DNA of 15,977 bases from Polyangiales bacterium (GTDB lineage Bacteria > Myxococcota_A > Polyangia > Polyangiales > Houyiibacteriaceae). This document shows positions 7,468 through 15,158 of the stretch, piece by piece. The notes under the pieces were generated by a model. The model did not search any database and had not been told where the DNA came from. It was given only the letters and a program-made list of their open reading frames with translations. The stretch is taken from assembly GCA_045106895.1 (NCBI GenBank), contig JBGCFM010000056.1, positions 1 through 15,977 on the forward strand. Reading direction: 5' to 3'. A program made the translations under genes and the position numbers. Numbering within the stretch: the stretch's first letter is position 1; every line of letters begins with the position of its first letter.

Positions 7468-9623
7468 TCACGGAATTGTTTCTCGACCGCACTCGCTGGG
7501 CATGGCGCGGAATTATGTGCGGCGCGCTCTTCTTCGCGTTGGCCTCGTGCGGTGATGACGAGCGGCCCATCCGCGCGGGCGAAGACGGCGGCCCAGCGCA
7601 GGACACGAGCTTCTTCCGGTGCATCAACAGCGACTCTCAGACCTGCCGTGGTACGGAGCATCTCACGTGCGTGCCAGACGGTGAGTTCCTGCGCCGCGAA
7701 ACCGAAGACTGCGCCGAAAACGAACCGGCGGAGCTCTGCATCGCGGGTCTTGGCTGTCGCCTCTGCGTGCCAAACGAGCGCGCATGCCGCGGCCAGGACG
7801 TGATCACCTGTAACGCAGAGGGCGACGGTTTCGTCGTCGATGAGTCGTGCTTGCCGAGTGAAGGGAACGTTTGCCGAGCCGGCGCATGCGTGACGCTCTG
7901 CGAAGCCGCCGCTCAGGACCGTAGCTACGAAGGCTGCGAGTTCTACGGCGTCGACCTCGACAACGTCGCTTTGGACCGGGGAGGCGACGCTTCGTCTCAG
8001 CAATACGCCATCGTCGTGAGCAACCCGTCGAATCTGGCAACGGATGTGTGGGTAGAGGTGAACGATTCGGCCTTCGATGAAGGACCCGTCGTCCGGGAAC
8101 TCGAGCGGGAGACGCTTCTGCCCGGCGACCTCTGGACTTTCAATCTCCCGCGACGCGAGGTCGACGGATCGAGCTCGAACCAGGAGTGCGACGCTGAGCT
8201 TTCATGCCCCGGCAGCGAGGTATGTGTGTGCGGTGGCGGGCGCCCGCCCTGCTTCTGCCGCGTGTCCGAAGAGTCGACGGGCCGCAACGACGGTACGCAC
8301 TCGGCGCTCTCTTCCCAGGCCTACCGCGTTCGCTCGACGCTTCCCATCATCGCCTATCAGTTCAACCCTCTGGACAACGTGGACGTCTTCTCTAACGACG
8401 CGTCGCTCCTCTTGCCCAGCGCAGCCGTGGGCCGGAACTACACGGTGGTCGGATGGCCGCAGACCATCGCCGACGCGGACTGCAATCCCCTCGACCCAGC
8501 GTGCGCAGACATCGATTTCATCCCGAGCGTGGACGACGAAGACCTGCGTGCGTTCTTGACGGTGGTAGGCACCAGCGAGAATACAGAAGTATCGGTGACC
8601 TTCGGTAACCGCGCAGGCCGCGTTTGGCGCCCCGGCGTGGACACGCTGATGTTCTCTGGAGACGAATACACCGTCACGCTCGGCGAGTTTGACGTGCTCA
8701 ACCTAGAGACCGATGGACTCAACAACGACTTCACGGGGACCCAGGTAAGCGCCTCCCAAGATGTCTCGGTGTTCGTCGGCAGCGAAGCCTCGGACGCACC
8801 ACGTTTTGACACCTACGCCACCCGGCAGTGCTGTGCAGATCACCTCGAAGACCAGCTCTTCAGCAACTCCACGCTGGGCTCACGCTTCATCATCGCGCGC
8901 ATGCCTCCTCGGAGCGTCGCACTCAATGGCGCCTTCCTGAATCCCGAACGAGACAGTGTGGCAGAAGTCAACGAGCCGGAATGGGTACGCGTGCAAGCGA
9001 TCTCCATCGGCGTCACAACGGTCACCACGACGCTGCCGCCGCCGGACGACCGCTTCACGTTGGAGCTTGGCGAATCCATCATCCTTCGCGCCGACCAAGA
9101 CTTCACCATGACAGCGCTCGGTGGACGGCCCGTGGCCGTGATGCAGGTGCTCCCAAGTCAGGAAGCCCTGGGCATTCCGCAGCGTTACCCCGGCGGGGAC
9201 CCCGCCATCGTGATGGTCCCGCCGCGAGAACAATACCGTCGTGACTACGTGTTTCTAACGCCGAACCGTTACGCCTTCGACTTCGTGGTCATCACCGCCG
9301 ACGCCACCACCGACATCATGCTCGATGGAGCGCCTCCTGACCCGCAACGCTGCACGACGTCGCCTGCGGACGGCATCACGCGCTTGCCCGGCGACCCTCC
9401 TCCGAGAGAAGTGATCCACCGCTGCCAGCTTTCGTTCCCGGACATCGCCAATTGCCCCGAAGAAGAAGAAGGCTGCGAAGGCGGGGTCCTCGAAGGCGAG
9501 CAAAATGACGGGGTGCACACCGTCCTCGCTACGCAGCCCGTTGGCGTCGTCGTCTACGGCTTCGACTCCTTCGTGAGCTACGCCTATGCCGGCGGTCTCA
9601 ACCTGACGCCCTTCCGCGAGTGA
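7464..9623 (+). CDS. IgGFc-binding protein N-terminal-domain lipoprotein with a Cys-rich stalk
   Basis: ATGA overlap with the upstream stop; lipobox FALAS-C. Motifs SYEGCEFYGVDLDN, YRVRSTLPIIAYQFNPL, FSNDASLLLP, CCADHLEDQL, GGDPAIVMVPPREQYRRDYVF and VVVYGFDSFVSYAYAGGLNL are typical of myxobacterial IgGFc-binding proteins. Confidence 0.88.
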   Translation: MITELFLDRTRWAWRGIMCGALFFALASCGDDERPIRAGEDGGPAQDTSFFRCINSDSQTCRGTEHLTCVPDGEFLRRETEDCAENEPAELCIAGLGCRLCVPNERACRGQDVITCNAEGDGFVVDESCLPSEGNVCRAGACVTLCEAAAQDRSYEGCEFYGVDLDNVALDRGGDASSQQYAIVVSNPSNLATDVWVEVNDSAFDEGPVVRELERETLLPGDLWTFNLPRREVDGSSSNQECDAELSCPGSEVCVCGGGRPPCFCRVSEESTGRNDGTHSALSSQAYRVRSTLPIIAYQFNPLDNVDVFSNDASLLLPSAAVGRNYTVVGWPQTIADADCNPLDPACADIDFIPSVDDEDLRAFLTVVGTSENTEVSVTFGNRAGRVWRPGVDTLMFSGDEYTVTLGEFDVLNLETDGLNNDFTGTQVSASQDVSVFVGSEASDAPRFDTYATRQCCADHLEDQLFSNSTLGSRFIIARMPPRSVALNGAFLNPERDSVAEVNEPEWVRVQAISIGVTTVTTTLPPPDDRFTLELGESIILRADQDFTMTALGGRPVAVMQVLPSQEALGIPQRYPGGDPAIVMVPPREQYRRDYVFLTPNRYAFDFVVITADATTDIMLDGAPPDPQRCTTSPADGITRLPGDPPPREVIHRCQLSFPDIANCPEEEEGCEGGVLEGEQNDGVHTVLATQPVGVVVYGFDSFVSYAYAGGLNLTPFRE

Positions 9624-9636
9624 GACAGACGCAGCT

Positions 9637-9996
9637 CTATGAAGTCTCTGTCCAGACGGCGAGCTCGTTGCCCGACGGATCATGAAAATGAAAGCGCCGG
9701 CCGCCTGGGAAGTCGAAGGGCTCCGTCGTGATGGTTCCGCCGGCACTTTTCACGGCAGAACACGTTTCATCCAGCTCGTCGGAGTAGAGAATGACGAGAG
9801 GCCCACCGGTCTTGAGGCTCTCGCCTTCTTCGAGCGGGCGCATGCCGCCCTGCTCGCCGTCATCGCCCTGAATTCCGCTGTATGCGGGCCCGTAGTCCGT
9901 GAATCCCCAGCCAAAAGCGGAGGTGTAGAACGCTTTCGACGCTGCGAGGTCGGTCACGGTGATTTCGATGTAGTCGATTCGGTGATGTCGAGACAT
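9637..9996 (-). CDS. VOC family (glyoxalase/bleomycin resistance) protein
   Basis: HHRIDYIEITVTDLAASKAFYTSAFGWGFTDYGP...AGGTITTEPFDFPGGRRFHFHDPSGNELAVW; ATG at 9996; 119 aa. Confidence 0.92.
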   Translation of the reverse strand: MSRHHRIDYIEITVTDLAASKAFYTSAFGWGFTDYGPAYSGIQGDDGEQGGMRPLEEGESLKTGGPLVILYSDELDETCSAVKSAGGTITTEPFDFPGGRRFHFHDPSGNELAVWTETS

Positions 9997-10101
9997 GGCG
10001 CGAGCATACACAAGGGTGAGACATCACCTTCCTGCTCAGGGTCTCGCCGGTGTAGGGTCCCCAAACTCGATGACGAACACCCCAATCTGGAATCCGCGCC
10101 C

Positions 10102-10611
10102 ATGACACGAGAACTTGTCGTTTCCGACGAAGTGAGACACGCCCTAGTCACCCTGAGAAAGTTCTCCCTTCGGCAAAAGCCCGTCGCCCGCGTAAGCGCG
10201 GCTCGCGTCGCGGAGGTCGAAAAGGCCTTAGGTTGCAGCCTTCACGACGAGTTCCTCGCCACCCTCGCGGCAGAACTCGACCCACCCGGTGACGCGAAGA
10301 TCCTCGATCTGGCCGGCATCGCCGATGTCACAGCGTCCCTCCGCGAGCTCGACTGGGGCTCCAAACGCGTAGCCATCGCCCAGGATAAAATCGGCGGCCG
10401 CGTCTACTTTCACGTCGCGTCCAAGCCCTCGGACGGTCCGCTCAAATTGAACGAGAACTCCCACTACCTGGGCTCCTACGGGCGATGGCTCGAAGGCTAC
10501 GCTTCGGTGGCCCGGGACTTCTTCGCCGAAGGCACCAACGACCAGCGTGCGCTGGCAAGCTGGCAGCCCACGAATGAAGAGCTCCAGGGTTTTTCTCCCG
10601 AAATCGGCTGA
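10102..10611 (+). CDS. hypothetical protein, SMI1/KNR4 (SUKH)-like
   Basis: ATG at 10102 within ORF 9682. VSAARVAEVEKALGCSLHDEFLA, VAIAQDKIGGRVYF and GSYGRWLE resemble the three SMI1/KNR4 motif blocks. Confidence 0.6.
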   Translation: MTRELVVSDEVRHALVTLRKFSLRQKPVARVSAARVAEVEKALGCSLHDEFLATLAAELDPPGDAKILDLAGIADVTASLRELDWGSKRVAIAQDKIGGRVYFHVASKPSDGPLKLNENSHYLGSYGRWLEGYASVARDFFAEGTNDQRALASWQPTNEELQGFSPEIG

Positions 10612-10637
10612 AGACCCGAGCGTAGGGCTTCCTTTTT
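10610..10637 (+). terminator. possible weak intrinsic terminator
   Basis: GAAG-A-CCC / GGG-CTTC bulged stem followed by CTTTTT, right at the stop of 10102..10611. Confidence 0.3.
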
Positions 10638-10677
10638 CGGGCGTGCACAGGGAGCACGAAGCGTCTAGAACCGGACC

Positions 10678-11403
10678 ATGCATTGGTTCCCGATCATCCT
10701 AGGCACCTGGAACGAAACACTGCGCGTATGTACGCCCACCGTCGTCGAGCAAGTGTTCGGCCGCGTCAAAAAGGACGTGTGCGACCAGCGCCTCGACGAG
10801 TGGGCGGCGACGGCGTGCCGTCTCGCGGACGTTCGTATCTCCGTCGAAGGCGATGAGAACCTCAAGGACCTGCGCAACGGCGAGAGCTTTGTGGTCATCT
10901 CCAACCACCAGTCGAGCTACGACATCTTCGTGCTCATGCACACCTACCCAAGCTCCTTGCGGATGGTCGCGAAGAAACAAATTTTCCAGGTCCCCGTGAT
11001 GGGCGGCGCGATGAAGGCCTCGGGTTTTGTGTCCGTCGACCGCAGCAACAGCGAGAGCGCGCGTCAGTCGCTGGAGAACGCGAAGGCCGCGTTTGAAGCG
11101 GGAACGAGCATTTGGATCGCCCCGGAAGGAACGCGCAGCGACGATGGACGCCTGCTCCCCTTCAAGAAGGGCGGGTTCATGCTCGCGCTCTCCGCTCAGC
11201 GGCGCATCCTGCCCGTGACCCTCATCGACACCAACACCGTGCTGCCATCGAAGGACCACAAGGTCCGCTCCGGCAAACACGTCCGCGTGCGTTTCCACCC
11301 GCCCGTGGACCCCGCCGACTTCGGCGTCGAGCGACGTGATGAGCTCGTGGACCACGTGCGAAACGTCATCATCAGCGGGCAGCCGGAAGAGCTCCGTCAG
11401 TAG
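10678..11403 (+). CDS. plsC: 1-acyl-sn-glycerol-3-phosphate (lysophospholipid) acyltransferase family protein
   Basis: Catalytic NHQSSYD (HX4D), VAKKQIF, FVSVDR and PEGTRS...FKKGGF motifs. Confidence 0.9.
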   Translation: MHWFPIILGTWNETLRVCTPTVVEQVFGRVKKDVCDQRLDEWAATACRLADVRISVEGDENLKDLRNGESFVVISNHQSSYDIFVLMHTYPSSLRMVAKKQIFQVPVMGGAMKASGFVSVDRSNSESARQSLENAKAAFEAGTSIWIAPEGTRSDDGRLLPFKKGGFMLALSAQRRILPVTLIDTNTVLPSKDHKVRSGKHVRVRFHPPVDPADFGVERRDELVDHVRNVIISGQPEELRQ

Positions 11404-11412
11404 AGCGACCGA

Positions 11413-11845
11413 ATGGCGAAGAAAGTTCAGACCGCCAAAGCGAAGCTCAAGGCCCACGCGCTCTCTTTGCCTGAAGCCTGGGAAGACCATCCTTTTTTCT
11501 GTAGGGAACTTTTCGGAAGTTCCCTCGCCGCAAGCGGCTCACCTTCAAACTTGGGGCGAGTCCGTCATCAAGGTGCGAAAGAAAATCTTCGTCTTCCTCG
11601 GCGGCAGCGACGACCCCAGCCACCTGCGACTCAGCATGAAACTCCCCGGCTCCTGCGGCGAGGTCCTACGTCGCGAAGACGCCGAGCCCACCGGCTACGG
11701 GCTTGGCCGGAGCGGCTGGGTGACGCTGACGATTCCAAGCAAGTCTCTGCCGAAACAAGACGTCCTCGAGGACTGGCTCGAAGAGAGCTACCAGGCCGTC
11801 GCGCCTAAGAAGCTCGCGCGCATGCTCGACGCGGACGACGCCTAG
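11413..11845 (+). pseudogene. MmcQ/YjbR family DNA-binding protein interrupted by a 58-bp frameshifting insertion
   Basis: Frame of 11413 gives MAKK...ALSLPEAWEDHP. The +1 frame resumes at 11552 with WGESVIKVRKKIFVFLG...GYGLGRSGWV...LEDWLEESYQAVAPKKL. Deleting 11494-11551 gives a continuous 124-aa protein with the family-typical LP.A.EDHPWGE...KV..KIF signature. Confidence 0.85.
11492..11552. mobile_element. small non-autonomous palindromic insertion (REP/MITE-like), 55 bp between CTT direct repeats
   Basis: CTT at 11492-11494 and 11550-11552. Hairpin 1 is AGGGAACTT-TTCGG-AAGTTCCCT (11503-11525) and hairpin 2 is GCCG-CAAG-CGGC (11527-11538). GTAG at 11501-11504 sits at the foot of hairpin 1. 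The 58 bp are 50% GC versus ~65% for the window. Confidence 0.7.
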
Positions 11846-12645
11846 AGAAGTCCGTGCAGGTTCAAGCTTCGCCCACTCATTGAACGCACCAGTCCGAGCG
11901 CCCCAGCCAAAGCGTCCTTCAAGAGAGCACAGCTGATCGGACCCTTCTCAACAGTGACGACGATGTTCAGGGCCCAAGAGCCGTGGTTGATCACGCGGGC
12001 GTAGAGCTTTGGGTTGAGACTCGTTTCATCCGCTTGCGTCATGACCTGGACGAAGTGAACGTCGCCGAGCACGCGCCAGTAGCAGTCCACTTTGGTGCAG
12101 CTCTCTGGTCCAATCCCAAGCTTGGCCAGCAGCTCAACCTCGTCTGAGCAAGGATGAACGGCGATGTACTCTCCCAACCCCGGGAGCGACACGAGCTCAC
12201 TCGGAATCCTCCCCACACGCTCTTCGAAGGCCTCGAGTCTTGCTTCGGGACTTACGCTCGCCCCGGTCGTCAGGTAGGCGCGCAGATGCTGTTCCTCGAG
12301 CTCAACGCGAATCCACTGCCCGGCGTCAAACACACCCGGCGGAGCATCGATCATCGTGAGGCAGGCGACATCGAGTCGAAGATAGATGAGACCATCCTCG
12401 TCCACACCATCCACCTGGCCGCACATATGGATCGAAGAGCCAACGTTCTCCACAGCGTAAGTCTTGTCCTCCGTGACGAATGCGTTCCGCCCGAGTTCGA
12501 GAACTTCGTCCACGTCGAACTCCAGGTCCGCGCTAGCGCCAGGCACCACATACCGGTTGCTCTCGCTCGCCACGACAAATTCGCCGAACTCGCACGCGAC
12601 ACGAACGTGGGTCTCGCCATGTACTTCAAGGACTCGGACTCGCAT
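11842..12645 (-). CDS. hypothetical two-domain protein, possibly immunity-like
   Basis: ATG at 12645, 267 aa, divergent from the SDR. Its stop overlaps the YjbR stop (CTAG). The N-terminal ~125 aa are beta-rich and acidic. Confidence 0.7.
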   Translation of the reverse strand: MRVRVLEVHGETHVRVACEFGEFVVASESNRYVVPGASADLEFDVDEVLELGRNAFVTEDKTYAVENVGSSIHMCGQVDGVDEDGLIYLRLDVACLTMIDAPPGVFDAGQWIRVELEEQHLRAYLTTGASVSPEARLEAFEERVGRIPSELVSLPGLGEYIAVHPCSDEVELLAKLGIGPESCTKVDCYWRVLGDVHFVQVMTQADETSLNPKLYARVINHGSWALNIVVTVEKGPISCALLKDALAGALGLVRSMSGRSLNLHGLL

Positions 12646-12706
12646 AGAACCCCGGACGATAGCGCACAGCTTCGACAAGTGCTGCGCTCACGGTGTAACG
12701 TGGGGT

Positions 12707-13522
12707 ATGACATTCCAACGACGCGTCATCGCGATCACGGGCGCGGGTTCCGGTATTGGCCGAGCTCTCGCCGTCGAAATGGGCAAGCGCGGAGCTCACC
12801 TCTCGCTCTCCGATATCGACGAAGCGGGGCTCAACGAGACCGCGGCGCTGCTCGGAGAGCGCAACGTCACCACGACGCGCGTCGATGTTGCCGACCGGGA
12901 AGCGGTGGAAGCCTGGGCGGCGGATACCGTGCGCGCCCACGGAAAAGTCGACGCCATCGTCAACAACGCCGGCGTCACGGTGCAGGAGACCATCGCGGAC
13001 ATCAGCTATGAGGACTTCGAGTGGATCGTCGGCATCAACCTGTGGGGCGTGGTCCACGGAACGAAGGCGTTCTTGCCGCACCTCATGCAGCGCAATACAG
13101 GTTGGGTCGTGAACGTCTCGAGCGTCTTCGGCATGATCGGTTTCCCCGGCCAAGGCTCCTACAACGCGACGAAGTTCGCCGTGCGCGGGATGACCGAGGC
13201 GCTCCGCTGGGAGCTTGAGGAGACCGACGTCACCGTGTGCTCGGTTCACCCCGGCGGAATCCGCACGAACATCGTGCGCAACGGACGAATGCACAGCGAC
13301 CCTTTGGGGCGCGTCGATCCCAAGGACATGGCGGACCAGTTTGAAAAGATGGCCAGGACCACGCCAGCGGAGGCAGCACGCGTCATCGCCGACGGCATGG
13401 CCAAGAAAGAGCCGCGCATTCTCATCGGCAACGACGCCCGCGCCATCGACGCCATTCAGCGTGTGGCGCCTCGTCGCTACGGCAGCATCATGAAGCGCCT
13501 CGCCGACGTCTTCGACGTCTGA
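12707..13522 (+). CDS. short-chain dehydrogenase/reductase (SDR family NAD(P)-dependent oxidoreductase)
   Basis: ITGAGSGIG, NNAG, VNVSS, catalytic YNATK and VHPGGIRT; ATG at 12707. Confidence 0.95.
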   Translation: MTFQRRVIAITGAGSGIGRALAVEMGKRGAHLSLSDIDEAGLNETAALLGERNVTTTRVDVADREAVEAWAADTVRAHGKVDAIVNNAGVTVQETIADISYEDFEWIVGINLWGVVHGTKAFLPHLMQRNTGWVVNVSSVFGMIGFPGQGSYNATKFAVRGMTEALRWELEETDVTVCSVHPGGIRTNIVRNGRMHSDPLGRVDPKDMADQFEKMARTTPAEAARVIADGMAKKEPRILIGNDARAIDAIQRVAPRRYGSIMKRLADVFDV

Positions 13523-13535
13523 GCACGATACTCGC

Positions 13536-15149
13536 TCAGCGAACGAGGATCTCGAGGGCGCCTTCCGCGGGCGGCTCAGCGGTGAAGCGCCGGAGGCTCG
13601 CGGCGCCCTCTTCGCCCACGGCATCGAGGCGTAGCCAAGCAACGCCGGCATTCCGCGCCGGAAGCGAGGCCATGTCCGCCGCCTCGAACTCTCCGCCTGT
13701 GAATCGCCCAACGAGGACTCCATCGAGGCGAGCCTCCACGACGCCGGCAAGGCCCGGAACTCGTATGGTCTCAATTGAGCCTTCAGGCGCTTGCCAGTTC
13801 AGCCCGTAGAGCGCGAAGGCGCCCTCATCGTCGCCTCCGTCGCAACCTTCGCTCACCGCCCAAGGGTCGGTCTGAAAACGCTCACCTTCCCACTCGCCGT
13901 GGACGAAGGGCCGAATGGTCTCGATGCCAATGGCGAAGTCCTCGTGCTCGCGATGCCCGGGCGGGGAGGTAGGCGGCATCGCGAAGGCCTTCGACGTCTC
14001 CGCCAAGAGCGCGCGTAGCGGCTCCGACTCAGCGGCCCTTGGGCCTGTGGTCCAGATGCCATGAGCGTCGTCGCGGGACTCTTCGTGTGGCCGAACGATC
14101 CAAGGCAAGAGCGCACCCACGCCCTCCTCGTCAGCACGTTCAAAGAACACGCGGAACCACTCTTCGCGATCGCTCCATTCGCGAGGGATTCCCACTTCGC
14201 CCACGACGAGGGGTTTGCCAATCTCCCGAGACAAGGACGCGCGATCGCTCAGCCAATCGGCAAAACGCGCGGGTGAGTCCGCCACGAGGAGGTTCTGCGG
14301 GTATCCGTGCGTGTCCCCGTAGCCGACCCAATCCAGCTCGTGAATCTCACGCCAGAAGCGACGAGACTGGGGGCTGTTGTAGCCAATGTGGCCCGCGGCG
14401 ATGAGGTGGTTTTCGTCGTGGGCGCGAATGCGCGCCGCAGCGGAGTCGAGAAACGAAACGAGAGAGCGCTGCGCGCCGCAGGTCGACGCCGATGCCTCGT
14501 TGAAGATCTCCCACGCGAAGATGGTTGGGTCCTCGGCGTAGGCAACACCAGTCACGCTATTCACCCGGGAGACCACCCGCTCGATGTGCGCAAAGTAGAG
14601 CTCGCGTACGCGGGCGCTGTCGAGCGTCGCCGCGAGCTCCGCGGGCATGAGGTTGTCGTAGCGTGGCGGGATGCCCGCCCAGCGCGCGTATTGCGGGAGC
14701 CCTCCGTGGTCGCGCCAGCGGTTGCCCAACACGACGATGACACGAACGTTCTGTTCCCGAGCGCGAGCGAGCACATGGTCCAAGTGCTCGAAGGACTCTT
14801 CGACCCATGCTTCCGGTCCTGTGCGAAACGCGGAGCTGCGTGCCCAGTCTTCCTGGCGATCCGTTTCGCCGAGGGCCCACAAGCGCGCGACGCGGAGGTC
14901 GCCATCGCTCATCGCCGAGAGCGTCTCCGCGCTGGCCTCGCGCGTCACGTCTCCATGGACGAGCGCCGCGTTTGCGCCCACGAAGCGCACCGGGTGACCG
15001 CCTAGCACGAACGAAGTGTTCTCCACCTCGACAAACGCTCCCGCGACAACTGGCGGCGGCGCGAAAGCATCTTTAGCGATTGCTGGGATTGGGTCACTAC
15101 AACCAACAGCGACGAACAAAACGCCAGAGACCAGGAGGGCAGCTCGCAT
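13536..15149 (-). CDS. glycoside hydrolase family 5 lipoprotein (endo-beta-1,4-mannanase-like)
   Basis: Lipobox FVAVG-C. FVGAN, NRWRDHGGLPQYARW, RVNSVTGVAYAEDPTIFAWEIFNE (acid/base), HGYP and KPLVVGEVG (nucleophile). ATG at 15149, with an alternative TTG at 15158. Confidence 0.85.
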   Translation of the reverse strand: MRAALLVSGVLFVAVGCSDPIPAIAKDAFAPPPVVAGAFVEVENTSFVLGGHPVRFVGANAALVHGDVTREASAETLSAMSDGDLRVARLWALGETDRQEDWARSSAFRTGPEAWVEESFEHLDHVLARAREQNVRVIVVLGNRWRDHGGLPQYARWAGIPPRYDNLMPAELAATLDSARVRELYFAHIERVVSRVNSVTGVAYAEDPTIFAWEIFNEASASTCGAQRSLVSFLDSAAARIRAHDENHLIAAGHIGYNSPQSRRFWREIHELDWVGYGDTHGYPQNLLVADSPARFADWLSDRASLSREIGKPLVVGEVGIPREWSDREEWFRVFFERADEEGVGALLPWIVRPHEESRDDAHGIWTTGPRAAESEPLRALLAETSKAFAMPPTSPPGHREHEDFAIGIETIRPFVHGEWEGERFQTDPWAVSEGCDGGDDEGAFALYGLNWQAPEGSIETIRVPGLAGVVEARLDGVLVGRFTGGEFEAADMASLPARNAGVAWLRLDAVGEEGAASLRRFTAEPPAEGALEILVR

Positions 15150-15158
15150 GCGGGACAA

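Noticed and set aside
10013..10030. GGTGA-GACA-TCACC inverted repeat between the divergent VOC and SMI1-like genes
   Set aside because: 5-bp perfect arms are too short to support an operator call.
10051..10067. TGTAGGG-TCCC-CAAACT resembles both ends of the 58-bp element juxtaposed
   Set aside because: Only 7+6 nt of match, with no hairpin and no CTT flanks; indistinguishable from chance without genome-wide data.
9682..10101. Long 5' extension of ORF 9682..10611
   Set aside because: It overlaps the clear VOC gene on the opposite strand; ATG 10102 is the more plausible start.
11500..11542. Minus strand of the insert (GAGCCGCTTGCGGCGAGGG...CCCTAC) loosely resembles group II intron domains V/VI
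   Set aside because: The 3' strand of domain V (…CGGTTC) is absent, the element is only 58 bp and antisense to the gene, and no reverse transcriptase is present.
11413..11808. 131-aa ORF and the overlapping 169-aa ORF (11336..11845) as two separate genes
   Set aside because: Each carries only one part of the YjbR homology; they are better explained as one interrupted gene.
12464..12706. 5' extension of the SDR ORF, plus ORFs 12154..13011 and 12626..13774
   Set aside because: The Rossmann motif begins just after ATG 12707; the others are shadow ORFs typical of high-GC DNA.
13519..13539. CTGAGC-N9-GCTCAG inverted repeat between the convergent SDR and GH5 genes
   Set aside because: The stem is largely formed by the two stop codons and there is no U-tract.
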